Assembly: GCA_016839515.1 (NCBI GenBank)
Contig: JAEOUE010000121.1
Span: forward strand, 1-58,542
Direction: 5' to 3'
Source: Candidatus Hodarchaeum mangrovi
Lineage (GTDB): Archaea; Asgardarchaeota; Heimdallarchaeia; Hodarchaeales; Hodarchaeaceae
DNA: 58,542 nucleotides
The notes under the pieces are model-generated. The model was not told the DNA's origin. It ran no database searches and saw nothing but the letters and a program-made list of their open reading frames with translations. A program made the translations under genes and the position numbers. Within the stretch, counting starts at the first letter, position 1. Each line of letters begins with the position of its first letter. Shown here piece after piece: positions 10,015-19,624 of the stretch.

Positions 10015-12504
10015 ATGTTTAATCTAAATTTTCTAAAATCAAAAATATTTTTTCTAAGCTTAATTTTCCTTTTATGTACCATAGTCATTCCTTTGCAGAC
10101 AAACTTAGAAATTGGGTATTTAACTTCCCAAAATAGCACAAAAATCATCAATGGGAATTATCCTATAAATTCAAACTTTTTAGTTTTTTTTAAAACAAAA
10201 GTTCCAGGATTAAAAAATTATGAAAATAATCTCATTAAACGATACAAGACTTTTCCAGCTATTTATATTAATTTTCAAGAAAAATCCAGTATGGAAACTT
10301 TCCTCACCTCCTTTAAAGATGAAATAATAGAAATTGAGTTAAATAAAGCAATAAGAACGTCTTTAGCTAGTGTAAAAGAAACCTATCCCCCAAATTTAGC
10401 TGCAACAAGTCCTGAGCTAAGGAGTTATACAGGTACTTCATATCTTCATCAAATTGGGCTTACAGGATTCGGTGTCAAAATAGGAATCATTGATTCAGGA
10501 GTAACAAATCATTCAGAATTTGGAAATAGAATTATAGAAAGAGCTTCTTTTGTTTCACAAGAAAATGGATATTCCCAAGATATTTCTAGTGTTTCTGATG
10601 ATTATCTTACTTCAGGACATGGTACTCAAATCGCAGGGATTGCAGCAGGATCATCAACAGGTATTGCTCCCCAAGCAGAAATATATAGCGCAAAAATTAT
10701 TCATAATCCAACGGTATTGGGAGCAGGTGGGGGGGGTGGAGAAGAAACTACTGCAGGAATACTAGATGCGATTGATTTTTTGGTTAATAAGTCAATTGAC
10801 ATTATAAATTTATCTATTGGACAATATCACAACCTCCCTGGAGGTATAAGGGATGAAGTGATAAATTTTATCTCAGAGGCATATGATATATTAGTCACAG
10901 TTTCTGCTGGTAATTCAGGATCTTCGTATGGAGATAGAGGAACCCTCCATAATCCAGGAACGGCCTTGGAATGCATATCAGTTGCTGCAAGTGATGTAAC
11001 AGGTACCTCTATGGCAAGTTTTTCTTCTAGTGGACTCAAAGTTGATTATTCATTAAAACCAGACCTTTCAGCACCAGGAATTTCTATTCCAGGACCTAAT
11101 GGAGATGGTTCGGGTTATGTAACCAAATCAGGAACATCAATTGCAGCACCTGTTGTAGCAGGCGGAGCTGCTTTACTAATTGAATATCTTCGAGATCATG
11201 GAATAAGCTATACAAGTGGGACTTTGAAAGCTGCTCTCCTTGAAGGAGCCCAAGAAATGAATGCTCCTGTTTGGAAAAGAGGTGCAGGTTTCTTAAATCT
11301 TACAAAATCATTAAATGTTTTAAATTCGTCTAAAATAGTAGAGAATTATCCAGAATTAATAATAGCTCATCCAAAACGCTTACCGATAGACCCATATGAA
11401 GTTTTGTTTACAGGAAGCTCAATAGAATTTAATCTAACAGTTATAAGCAGTAGAAAGACAGAATATGCCTTGGAAATATCAGAACCCTTACAGAATTTTG
11501 TGAAAATAAAACCAAACAATATTCTAATTAATGGATCTTCTTTACTTCCAATAAATTTCACAATCCCGAATAATACTGTCCCTAGGTTTATAAATGATAC
11601 TATTAATATTGGAAACTCTAAATTACAGGTTCAATTTGAAATTAGAAAACCTTTGGCTAGAATATTATTTGATGAGAGCCTTAATAGTATAGTACGACAC
11701 GGATATGGTACAGGAATGTATGATACACAAGGAGATTCTTCAAACACAGTAGGAATGTATTCTTCTTTCACTAAGTTTTTAGTAGAGAACAATTACTGTG
11801 TGATTCCGCATTTAAGCAGAGAATTTTCTCTTTCTGAATTAATTAAATATGATGTTCTTGTTTTAGCAAATCCATTCTCTTTAATTTCTGATATTTATAT
11901 GGATTGGGTTATAGATCCTGGAAAAGACTATTTTTCACTAACTGAATCCTCTTTAACCTCAATTCTCCAATTTTTTGAACTTGGAGGAGGCATTTTAATC
12001 TTAAGTTCGGTTGTAGATTATTATAATATAACAGAATTTAATGTTTTTTTAGCATATTTTGGTCTAGCTATAGACGAGACGGTGTCTTATGGGGTACAAC
12101 AATCCATCATCAATAATCCACAAAAATTTACAAAAGAAATAACAGAGTTCCCCTTTCGAGGTAACTATTTGAAAGTTCTTGTACCTTCGAATCAAACCAA
12201 GATTATAGCAGATGTGGAAGGTAAACCAACACTGATTAGTCACGAGGGAATATCGGGAGGAAGAATTTTATTATTTGCCACTGATTTAATATTTGATAAT
12301 ATTGGATTTTCTAGCTTTGCTTATGGAGGAAATTCCGAGTTTAATCGTATCTTGGCTTTTAATTCAGTTGCATGGTTAGTAGAAGGTGAATTCAAGGAAA
12401 CATCTACTATTCCAGAATATCCTGAATTATTCTTCTTCTTTCTTCTTATCATCTGTGTTTTTGCATTATTTATAATTTACACTCAATTTTTAAAGAAAAA
12501 CTAG
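10015..12504 (+). CDS. Membrane-anchored S8 subtilisin-family protease, site-1 protease (MBTPS1)-like architecture
   Basis: Signal peptide; triad IIDSG / GHGT / SGTSIAAP; oxyanion AGNSG; Ig-like region, flavodoxin/GATase-like region and C-terminal TM. Confidence 0.9.
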   Translation: MFNLNFLKSKIFFLSLIFLLCTIVIPLQTNLEIGYLTSQNSTKIINGNYPINSNFLVFFKTKVPGLKNYENNLIKRYKTFPAIYINFQEKSSMETFLTSFKDEIIEIELNKAIRTSLASVKETYPPNLAATSPELRSYTGTSYLHQIGLTGFGVKIGIIDSGVTNHSEFGNRIIERASFVSQENGYSQDISSVSDDYLTSGHGTQIAGIAAGSSTGIAPQAEIYSAKIIHNPTVLGAGGGGGEETTAGILDAIDFLVNKSIDIINLSIGQYHNLPGGIRDEVINFISEAYDILVTVSAGNSGSSYGDRGTLHNPGTALECISVAASDVTGTSMASFSSSGLKVDYSLKPDLSAPGISIPGPNGDGSGYVTKSGTSIAAPVVAGGAALLIEYLRDHGISYTSGTLKAALLEGAQEMNAPVWKRGAGFLNLTKSLNVLNSSKIVENYPELIIAHPKRLPIDPYEVLFTGSSIEFNLTVISSRKTEYALEISEPLQNFVKIKPNNILINGSSLLPINFTIPNNTVPRFINDTINIGNSKLQVQFEIRKPLARILFDESLNSIVRHGYGTGMYDTQGDSSNTVGMYSSFTKFLVENNYCVIPHLSREFSLSELIKYDVLVLANPFSLISDIYMDWVIDPGKDYFSLTESSLTSILQFFELGGGILILSSVVDYYNITEFNVFLAYFGLAIDETVSYGVQQSIINNPQKFTKEITEFPFRGNYLKVLVPSNQTKIIADVEGKPTLISHEGISGGRILLFATDLIFDNIGFSSFAYGGNSEFNRILAFNSVAWLVEGEFKETSTIPEYPELFFFFLLIICVFALFIIYTQFLKKN

Positions 12505-13043
12505 ATTTGAGGATCATTCAATCCAATATATCTACTTTTAGGTCGATCATCATAACCAACGGTTGCAGGAGAAGAAAGGCGATGATAGATTATTTGAATT
12601 ATTGGCATCCCTGGAATTAATTCTACTGGAGAGTTTGCTTGATGAGCGATTTCTAGAGTTAAAGTTGTGGGGTCATTTAGTCCTGTTCCTGGATTTACTA
12701 ATCCTGCTGCTTGGACAACTATACCCAATCGTGCTATGGAGGATTTTCCTTCTAATGTTGCTGCATATTTCTTTGAAATTGATATTTTTTCTAACGTAGA
12801 GGCTAAAACAAACTGATTGGGAGATAATACGAAAGGTTCATCATCAACTCGAATTATTTCAGTATTTTTATGAATTGCTGTTCGATCATTTGGTCTAAAC
12901 ATTCTTCCATGACGAAAAACCAAAAATGTATTACCTAGTTTTAGATCTACTGAACAAGGTCCAATTGCATTTTCATCAAGCGGATTTATTGATATTTCTT
13001 TTTCCTTTATAGCAGTAATAATGTCCTGATTAGACAGAATCAT
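12501..13043 (-). CDS. dcd: dCTP deaminase
   Basis: MILSNQDI, PCSVDLKLG, EGKSSIARLG, TLE, GMPIIQI, Y. Stop overlaps the convergent subtilase stop at CTAG 12501-12504. Confidence 0.9.
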   Translation of the reverse strand: MILSNQDIITAIKEKEISINPLDENAIGPCSVDLKLGNTFLVFRHGRMFRPNDRTAIHKNTEIIRVDDEPFVLSPNQFVLASTLEKISISKKYAATLEGKSSIARLGIVVQAAGLVNPGTGLNDPTTLTLEIAHQANSPVELIPGMPIIQIIYHRLSSPATVGYDDRPKSRYIGLNDPQI

Positions 13044-13174
13044 GCTTTTTATTGCTCCTGATGCATTAATTTTGCTTTGAATAGACTAATTACAGATTAT
13101 CCATAAACTTTTCAATTGATTGATTGAATTAGATTTATGAAGTAACATAAGGTCTTATTTTTAGGAAGATTTTT

Positions 13175-14236
13175 ATGCAAGATGAACGTAATTCTCGTCT
13201 TCAAAAAGTATTAATGGGAATTATTGAAGGATTTTCCGATTATTTTGTGTCTGTTTTAACAAAATATCATGGAAGAGCACCCTCTAAAATTGAAGTTAGT
13301 AATATTACTGTTGAAAAGCGATTAGGTGCCACAGGTATTCATATAGTTAAGGTCCTCTTAGAGTCAGATCTAGGTAGTGACGAGGCTAGTATTGCTGTAA
13401 AAATATATGAAGAAAATTCCCAAGCAACAACTGTAGTAAAAAAAATTAATTTCTTAGAAAAGAGAATTATGCCATATAAGAAATTGGGGATATTTTCAGC
13501 TTCAGTTATCTTTTTTTCAGGAAGTGTTGTAATAATGGAGGGTATTCAGGGTGACGATTTCCGTGATTCTAAAATTCCAAAACCTCAAAAATATCGATAT
13601 GCGGGTAAGTGCTTATCAGCATTCCATAGTACATCGATCACCAAACCATGGTTTGATAAATATAAACTATTAAGTAATAGAAGTATTGAAGAAATCCCTG
13701 TGGATGATTATACAAGGCAAAAAATTAAGGAAATGTTTAATTCACAAATACCCATGGTGGAAAAGAACTCCATAAATTCAGGATCAGTTAGTTTTGGTGA
13801 TTTTCATCCTGGTAATCTAATCTTTGATGTAAAAATTGGGCAAAAACCAATGATTCAAACATATATAATTGATCCTGAATTTTTAGATATTAATAGTGAA
13901 CATGATCGACTTGAAGACATAGCGAATTTTTTTACAGTCGAGGCAGTAGATCAGTATCGATTAGATAAGTCATTAAGCAGATTAACTACAAATATGAAAT
14001 CATTTTTAAGTGGTTATAATGAAATTCTTGCACTTGAGCAACTATCTTTAAATTCGCTTTATCCCTCAGATTATATCCCTTTAAATTTTCATCTAGCTCT
14101 TATGATACTAATGAGTATCCTAAATATTCAAGGGATGCTAGATATATTTGATACAGAGTTGGCAATGGCCAATGAGATATCACTTCGATGCGAACTTATT
14201 CAAAAGCTCCTTGAATGGCAAACATTCCCTGATTAG
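13175..14236 (+). CDS. APH/choline-kinase-like (protein kinase-like fold) phosphotransferase
   Basis: IAVKIY (VAIK-like), GDFHPGNLIF (Brenner motif), IIDPE. Confidence 0.8.
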   Translation: MQDERNSRLQKVLMGIIEGFSDYFVSVLTKYHGRAPSKIEVSNITVEKRLGATGIHIVKVLLESDLGSDEASIAVKIYEENSQATTVVKKINFLEKRIMPYKKLGIFSASVIFFSGSVVIMEGIQGDDFRDSKIPKPQKYRYAGKCLSAFHSTSITKPWFDKYKLLSNRSIEEIPVDDYTRQKIKEMFNSQIPMVEKNSINSGSVSFGDFHPGNLIFDVKIGQKPMIQTYIIDPEFLDINSEHDRLEDIANFFTVEAVDQYRLDKSLSRLTTNMKSFLSGYNEILALEQLSLNSLYPSDYIPLNFHLALMILMSILNIQGMLDIFDTELAMANEISLRCELIQKLLEWQTFPD

Positions 14237-14250
14237 GTATTGTAATAAAA

Positions 14251-14937
14251 ATGAAACATCAGCTCCTTTTTTCTTCTGCTGGTATTGCAACCCAAATCTT
14301 AATTTCTAGCGAAAAAGACACTATTCTACTAGATATTGGGGATGGAATTATACGAGATCTCTTAAAAACAGAAATTAATTTTTCAAAAAGTCAATCGTGG
14401 CACATTTTTATTAGTCATGGGCACTATGATCATTGTGGAGGATTATTTTCGTTCTTAGGGTTTTTACGCATGTTAGGATTACCATCTAATATCAATATTT
14501 ACTACCCCAGTGAGAGTATTGAGGTGGAATCTTTATTAGATGTATTTACATCAATCTATAAGGATTCGTTACCTTTTAAGCTAAAAAATCGTCCCCTTAA
14601 AAACAATGAAACAGTAAGAATTTCCCGGAGTATTTATGTGAAATCTTATCCAATGGTTCACTATGGATCAATTGTAAACCAAGGCCTCTTAGCGAGAGTA
14701 CCAACCTATGGTTATGCCATATTTCACAACAAAATTAAATATTTAGCTTTTACAGGAGATACAGGCATAAATAATAATTTAGTCGATCTTGTAAAAGACG
14801 CAGAATATGCCTTTATAGAAGCTACAAATCCTGAGGATATAAGCTCGAAAAATCATCTCAATGAAGAGGAAGCTCTCAATTTAGGAAAACTTGCTAAAAG
14901 ATTTTTATTAATTCATACTAAATACGATTCTCGATAG
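14251..14937 (+). CDS. Metallo-beta-lactamase fold hydrolase, RNase Z/BN-like
   Basis: LLDIGDG, SHGHYDHCGG, VH, FTGDTG, EAT, H, LIH. Confidence 0.8.
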   Translation: MKHQLLFSSAGIATQILISSEKDTILLDIGDGIIRDLLKTEINFSKSQSWHIFISHGHYDHCGGLFSFLGFLRMLGLPSNINIYYPSESIEVESLLDVFTSIYKDSLPFKLKNRPLKNNETVRISRSIYVKSYPMVHYGSIVNQGLLARVPTYGYAIFHNKIKYLAFTGDTGINNNLVDLVKDAEYAFIEATNPEDISSKNHLNEEEALNLGKLAKRFLLIHTKYDSR

Positions 14938-15119
14938 TTAAAACACATAAAATCTTACCATCTTAATGGATATGAATTATCAAATCGGCAATTTGACTAG
15001 TATTAAACAATAGGTTGATAATTGAACAGCTTTCTTGGTTAGAAAGTAGTTAATAAAACTGTAAATGAAAAATAACACTTACGAATTATAATTATTAAAT
15101 ATTTAAGGAACTTAAGAGT

Positions 15120-16115
15120 TTGTTATCTAAAATATTTATGAAATCAGTTGAAACCATCAACAATGATACTCAAAATGGTGCAACGCAAATCGCAGAGGAC
15201 AGCCTTCGTGCCTTAAAAAGAGAATGTCTAAGAATTGGAACCCAACTTGATGAATCAATACTGAAAACAGCTATTCAACTCCTTCTAGATACTCATCCCA
15301 TGGCTACTATCGAAAATGCTCTACTACCTATATACATTAGACTGGTTGATCTAATAGATTCAGAAGGATTGAAATCAGGAAACGCAAAAGCATCAATCGA
15401 AATGATTTTTGCAACTCGGAAAGAACAGATGCGGGTTGGTGAAATAAATACAATTAATCGTCTAGTAGAAGAGTTAAGAGAAAAAAAATCGATATTAACA
15501 TTTTCTCACTCTTCTACTGTTATAAAAGCATTATTACAGTTAGCTAAAGATGGCTTTAATGATAAGGAAATATACGTCCTAGAATCGAGACCTTTAAAAG
15601 AAGGAGAAAGAACAGCTCATTCACTAGCTAATGCTGGGTATAGAAAAACTCATCTAGGTATTGATTTCTCAATAAATGAATTTTCAGAATTAGCAGAAAC
15701 CGCTGTTATTGGAGCTGACATGGTTCATTTTGATGGCCATATCTTAAATAAGATTGGTTCAGCTACAATTGCTAAACTTTTTCACTCACAAACAAAGGAA
15801 GTTATTGTAGGCGCTTCACTATCAAAAATTTGTCTTCGTGGGATTATAAATCAAAAGAAAGACTGGAATCCACTTATTCCTAACAGAAATCCCAAAGAAG
15901 TAAGTTCTATCTCCAATCCTAATTTAAAAATTTGTAATAAGTACTTTGAAATAATTGAGCCAAAATTTATTTCCACATTAATAATGGATAAAAATAAGTT
16001 TTCACGTCCTATTTCTTCGACATTGAAAGAATTTATTCTTAAAAATCCAGCAATAACAAAACAAGTGAGGGCTCTTCACAAATTATGGTATAATGTTAAT
16101 TTTATTATGGTTTAA
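15120..16115 (+). CDS. eIF2B alpha/beta/delta family protein (aIF2B-like)
   Basis: D...GATQIA, LTFSHSSTV, ESRPLKEG, IGAD, NKIGS, NKYFE. Confidence 0.85.
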   Translation: MLSKIFMKSVETINNDTQNGATQIAEDSLRALKRECLRIGTQLDESILKTAIQLLLDTHPMATIENALLPIYIRLVDLIDSEGLKSGNAKASIEMIFATRKEQMRVGEINTINRLVEELREKKSILTFSHSSTVIKALLQLAKDGFNDKEIYVLESRPLKEGERTAHSLANAGYRKTHLGIDFSINEFSELAETAVIGADMVHFDGHILNKIGSATIAKLFHSQTKEVIVGASLSKICLRGIINQKKDWNPLIPNRNPKEVSSISNPNLKICNKYFEIIEPKFISTLIMDKNKFSRPISSTLKEFILKNPAITKQVRALHKLWYNVNFIMV

Positions 16116-16122
16116 TTTTTTT

Positions 16123-17925
16123 TTACCATGGTTTGATCATTTCAGGTTGAATTGCAGGATTATGAAAGATGATTGTACCTCTGAAGATTTGACCTTTTTT
16201 TGCAGGTCTAATGTCTTTAATTGTACCTGATGTAATTTTGATCTTTACACTCTCTTCTAATGCTGGCTTATAAGCAGCATCTAAAACTAAATTCCAAGTA
16301 GAATTATTTCCTTCATTCCATACTATTGCATTTAATTCATCACGATCATGAACTTCCTTAATATCTAAAATATGATAGAATCCCTTGAACTCCTCATTTG
16401 GTCCTTTGTCCTCTGCAGGAGATAATTCTATTGGAAGATTATTTCTTAAGGCTGTAGAAATTCCTATCTTCGTGTTATCTTGGGAGTCCTTTCTTAATTT
16501 TTGTTTAAAGATCTTTTGAACTTTAAGATCTAAATCAACAAGATCTGTTCTTAACCTTGTTAATATAAATAATCTTTTTATAGATCTTTCAATTTCCTCT
16601 CTGTCTGTATAATTCTTTACAATAAATTTTAATATTTCTATGGCTAGTTCACGTTGATCATGTGAATATAAATCATTTGCATAGGTATGCATTGAAATTA
16701 ACATGCCATCTAAATGAGTTCGATGTTTATTTAACAGAAAAAATGCTTCGTTGAGCTGTTTATTAGCTATCAAAGATATAGTAAGTCCTAATAACTGTGT
16801 AGTCGAAATTTCATTATCTTGTGGTAGTACTCTTTTAAATAGACTGAGAGCTTGCTCATAACGTCCAAGTAATAAATATAAAAGCCCTTGCAATGAAATT
16901 AAATTTTCAATTGCTTCTTTTCCAACCGATATAAAGTTCATATAGACACGACAAGCTTCAGCATGCACCAAAGCTTCAATAATTTGATTATGTGTTAACT
17001 TAAAATCAAGTAACCATGAGTGATGTTCAAAAAGTTCAGATCGAAGCATACGTTCAACAATTACCCGTTGTTCTAGTCCATCAATCTTATAAATAAGTTC
17101 AGAGCTTTTTAATAGAATCTCTAAAACCATATTCTCCGCTTCTTGAAGATTGAATTTATCACGAGATTCCCGTGCTTTTATTATAAGCTGTTGGGCAATA
17201 ATCAGGGTATCTTCAGGTTGTATTATCTCAAGTTCCTTCTTAGGGGATAATATTCCAGAAGACGCAGTATCACTTCCTACTTGAGCTGCAGACCTAACAA
17301 ATCGGGCTGTATCGGTAAGATCATCAATAAGCATGGCAACATCAATATATCTACGAGTTTTTTTCTTATAACTCCAAGAAGCTTTAAACACACGCTCTAC
17401 TGTATCATCTAGGATCTTTCGCATTCCAATATCAGAAACAGAGGCAGCTAAAACAGAAACAAAAGATCCACAAGAGAGATGTTCAATTGAATTAAATTGT
17501 TTATTTTCTTTGATGATACGTGCAACACCTTCATCATCAGAAACTAAAGCCACACGATGGTTATTTCGAAGACTAAATTTCTTTGCGAGTATTACAATAT
17601 CAATATCAGCAGGATCCTCATTCACACGAACCATTCTTTCGTGAATTGCATATCTTGCAGTATTTTTCCAAAGCTTTGAATCACGATTTACTGGTTCCAT
17701 TTGGATATACTTTGGTACCAAGGTTCTAAGCTCTCTGTACTTCCCTGGAATATCTGACTTCGGAATTTCTTCGGGAATCATCACAGTCATACCCACAGAA
17801 CTAGCAATATCAGTCAAATTCGGAAGAAGCGACTCAATAACTCCAGCGTTTAACAAAGAAATGAAGAAATTTGTATCGATAACAACTACATCGAATAATT
17901 GAGTAGACATTAATTCAAACTCCAT
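16123..17925 (-). CDS. PIN-domain nuclease fused to TPR repeats and a C-terminal beta domain
   Basis: VVIDTNFFI, DPADIDIVILA and LVSDDEGV PIN acidic motifs; TPR-like GLLYLLLGRYEQALSLFKR. Confidence 0.75.
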   Translation of the reverse strand: MEFELMSTQLFDVVVIDTNFFISLLNAGVIESLLPNLTDIASSVGMTVMIPEEIPKSDIPGKYRELRTLVPKYIQMEPVNRDSKLWKNTARYAIHERMVRVNEDPADIDIVILAKKFSLRNNHRVALVSDDEGVARIIKENKQFNSIEHLSCGSFVSVLAASVSDIGMRKILDDTVERVFKASWSYKKKTRRYIDVAMLIDDLTDTARFVRSAAQVGSDTASSGILSPKKELEIIQPEDTLIIAQQLIIKARESRDKFNLQEAENMVLEILLKSSELIYKIDGLEQRVIVERMLRSELFEHHSWLLDFKLTHNQIIEALVHAEACRVYMNFISVGKEAIENLISLQGLLYLLLGRYEQALSLFKRVLPQDNEISTTQLLGLTISLIANKQLNEAFFLLNKHRTHLDGMLISMHTYANDLYSHDQRELAIEILKFIVKNYTDREEIERSIKRLFILTRLRTDLVDLDLKVQKIFKQKLRKDSQDNTKIGISTALRNNLPIELSPAEDKGPNEEFKGFYHILDIKEVHDRDELNAIVWNEGNNSTWNLVLDAAYKPALEESVKIKITSGTIKDIRPAKKGQIFRGTIIFHNPAIQPEMIKPW

Positions 17926-18007
17926 AAATGCAATATGTTCTCTCTTTTTAATACTCTTTTAAAAAAATATAGTTTAAAAAATTTCAAGATTTAGTGGAAA
18001 AGAGGAG

Positions 18008-18109
18008 AGCGGAGGGTGCGATTTGAACGCACGTAATACGGCTATCTAGAAGGAAATAGAACTTATTTCCTTCTTGCAGGCCGCTCCATAGCCACTTTGG
18101 TACCTCCGC
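18008..18109 (-). tRNA. tRNA-Cys(GCA) with 30-nt intron at 37/38 (intron 18044-18073); CCA not encoded
   Basis: Reverse complement folds: acceptor GCGGAGG/CCTCCGC, U73 discriminator (Cys identity), anticodon stem GCGGC/GCCGT with CT-GCA-A, T arm GTGCG-TTCAAAT-CGCAC. Intron hairpin GAAGGAAATA/TATTTCCTTC. Confidence 0.95.
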
Positions 18110-18582
18110 TTAGGATTTAAGGTTCTTTTAACTTTCATATACTCAATAAACATTGTAGAGAATAGTGGTTATCTATTTATCACTTTAATTCTTCAATTTT
18201 TTAAAGTTTATTTATATAGTTTAAATTACCATGTTATTGTTTCCTATTTATGATTATCACAATTATTATATTTTAAAATTTCTAAATCAAATTGTATTTG
18301 ACAGAAAAATATTCAAAAAGGTAAATTATAACAGTAAGTATTAATCGTTTAAATTCTAATTCATGTATCATAAGTTTTCTACTTTTTAAGCAAACTTCTT
18401 TTACCATATTTTTTAATATAAATTGTATTATCTGATAGGATAGCTCTTTTTATAAATTTCTTCAGAATTTTGACTTTTTATTTGCAAACCTTAAATAAGT
18501 ACACATTTCATTGTCTTTTTGTAAAAATTCTACGTAGTTTTCCTTTTAATAAACTGTATGAACCTCAAAAGTAGGGATATAA

Positions 18583-19446
18583 ATGGACTCACAACGTGCT
18601 TATGCTTTTATGCCATCCCCAGACGGGGAATACATCCCAGTAAAATTTAAGTCTCCAAAAGATCTTAAAGAAACCGAAGTAATTATTTTTCTTGATGAAG
18701 AAGATCGTCAGATATTTATTTGGACTGGTTCAAAATCAAATGTCCGTAAGCGATTTATTTCTAGTCAAATTGCACGTCAAATGCGATTAGAAAAAGGTTT
18801 AACACATAGAATATCTACAGAAGATCAGGGGAATGAAACCTCAAAATTTCTAGAATTTATTAATATAGTATCTGAGAAAGGTCTATTATCTGCGAATACA
18901 CTATTAGAAGTTACTCCTACTTCCTCATTTGACGTAATTGATGAAAAAGATATGAAAAACAAAAAGACTATTCCAGAGTCTATAATCCCTAAATTAGCCC
19001 CAGAGACCCCCCAAACGTCAATCACGAAAATTCCATTTGATACTATTAATAAATCAAAAACTATAGAAGCGGAGAAAGAATCTATTAGTTTGGAGAGAGA
19101 GGAGATTGAAGAATTTGAGGATGTTCAATATTTCTCCTCTGATAATGTTGAAGAAGTTTTGGATTCAAAAGCAAAACTACTTTCACCTCCAAGCGAAAAA
19201 GATCTTATTTTTACTAATTTAATTCTGTCCTCAGCTTCTTTAGGAGGAAAGCTTTCATTCTATTGTGCACCAAAGGATTCTAAAATTCTAGATTGCAAGT
19301 CTCAAGCACCAATTTTAGCGATATATATTCAAAAAAACTCATCCACCATTGAACTTGATGATCTTTTTATACCAATTCCTAAAGGGAATTCTATTTATTT
19401 TTCAAGTCCTGCTTCCACATTTATTGGAATTAACCTAACAAGCTAG
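18583..19446 (+). CDS. Gelsolin-like domain protein with acidic linker and unknown C-terminal beta domain
   Basis: LKETEVIIFLD...QIFIWTGSKSN...QGNETSKF matches the gelsolin repeat consensus (L....V.ILD...I..W.G..S...QG.E...F). Confidence 0.8.
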   Translation: MDSQRAYAFMPSPDGEYIPVKFKSPKDLKETEVIIFLDEEDRQIFIWTGSKSNVRKRFISSQIARQMRLEKGLTHRISTEDQGNETSKFLEFINIVSEKGLLSANTLLEVTPTSSFDVIDEKDMKNKKTIPESIIPKLAPETPQTSITKIPFDTINKSKTIEAEKESISLEREEIEEFEDVQYFSSDNVEEVLDSKAKLLSPPSEKDLIFTNLILSSASLGGKLSFYCAPKDSKILDCKSQAPILAIYIQKNSSTIELDDLFIPIPKGNSIYFSSPASTFIGINLTS

Positions 19447-19624
19447 TTAGAATTCTATTAGAAGTATATAAACTACCTGTTTATGTAATTAGGATAGATC
19501 TTATCATTTTAAAATCTCGATTTCAAGAAATTTTCAACTAAAAGAAATATTAAGAGTGATCCTTTTATGATTTTATAATCAATTAAGAATAATTTTATTC
19601 TAGGATTTTGATTTAGGTGGATAA

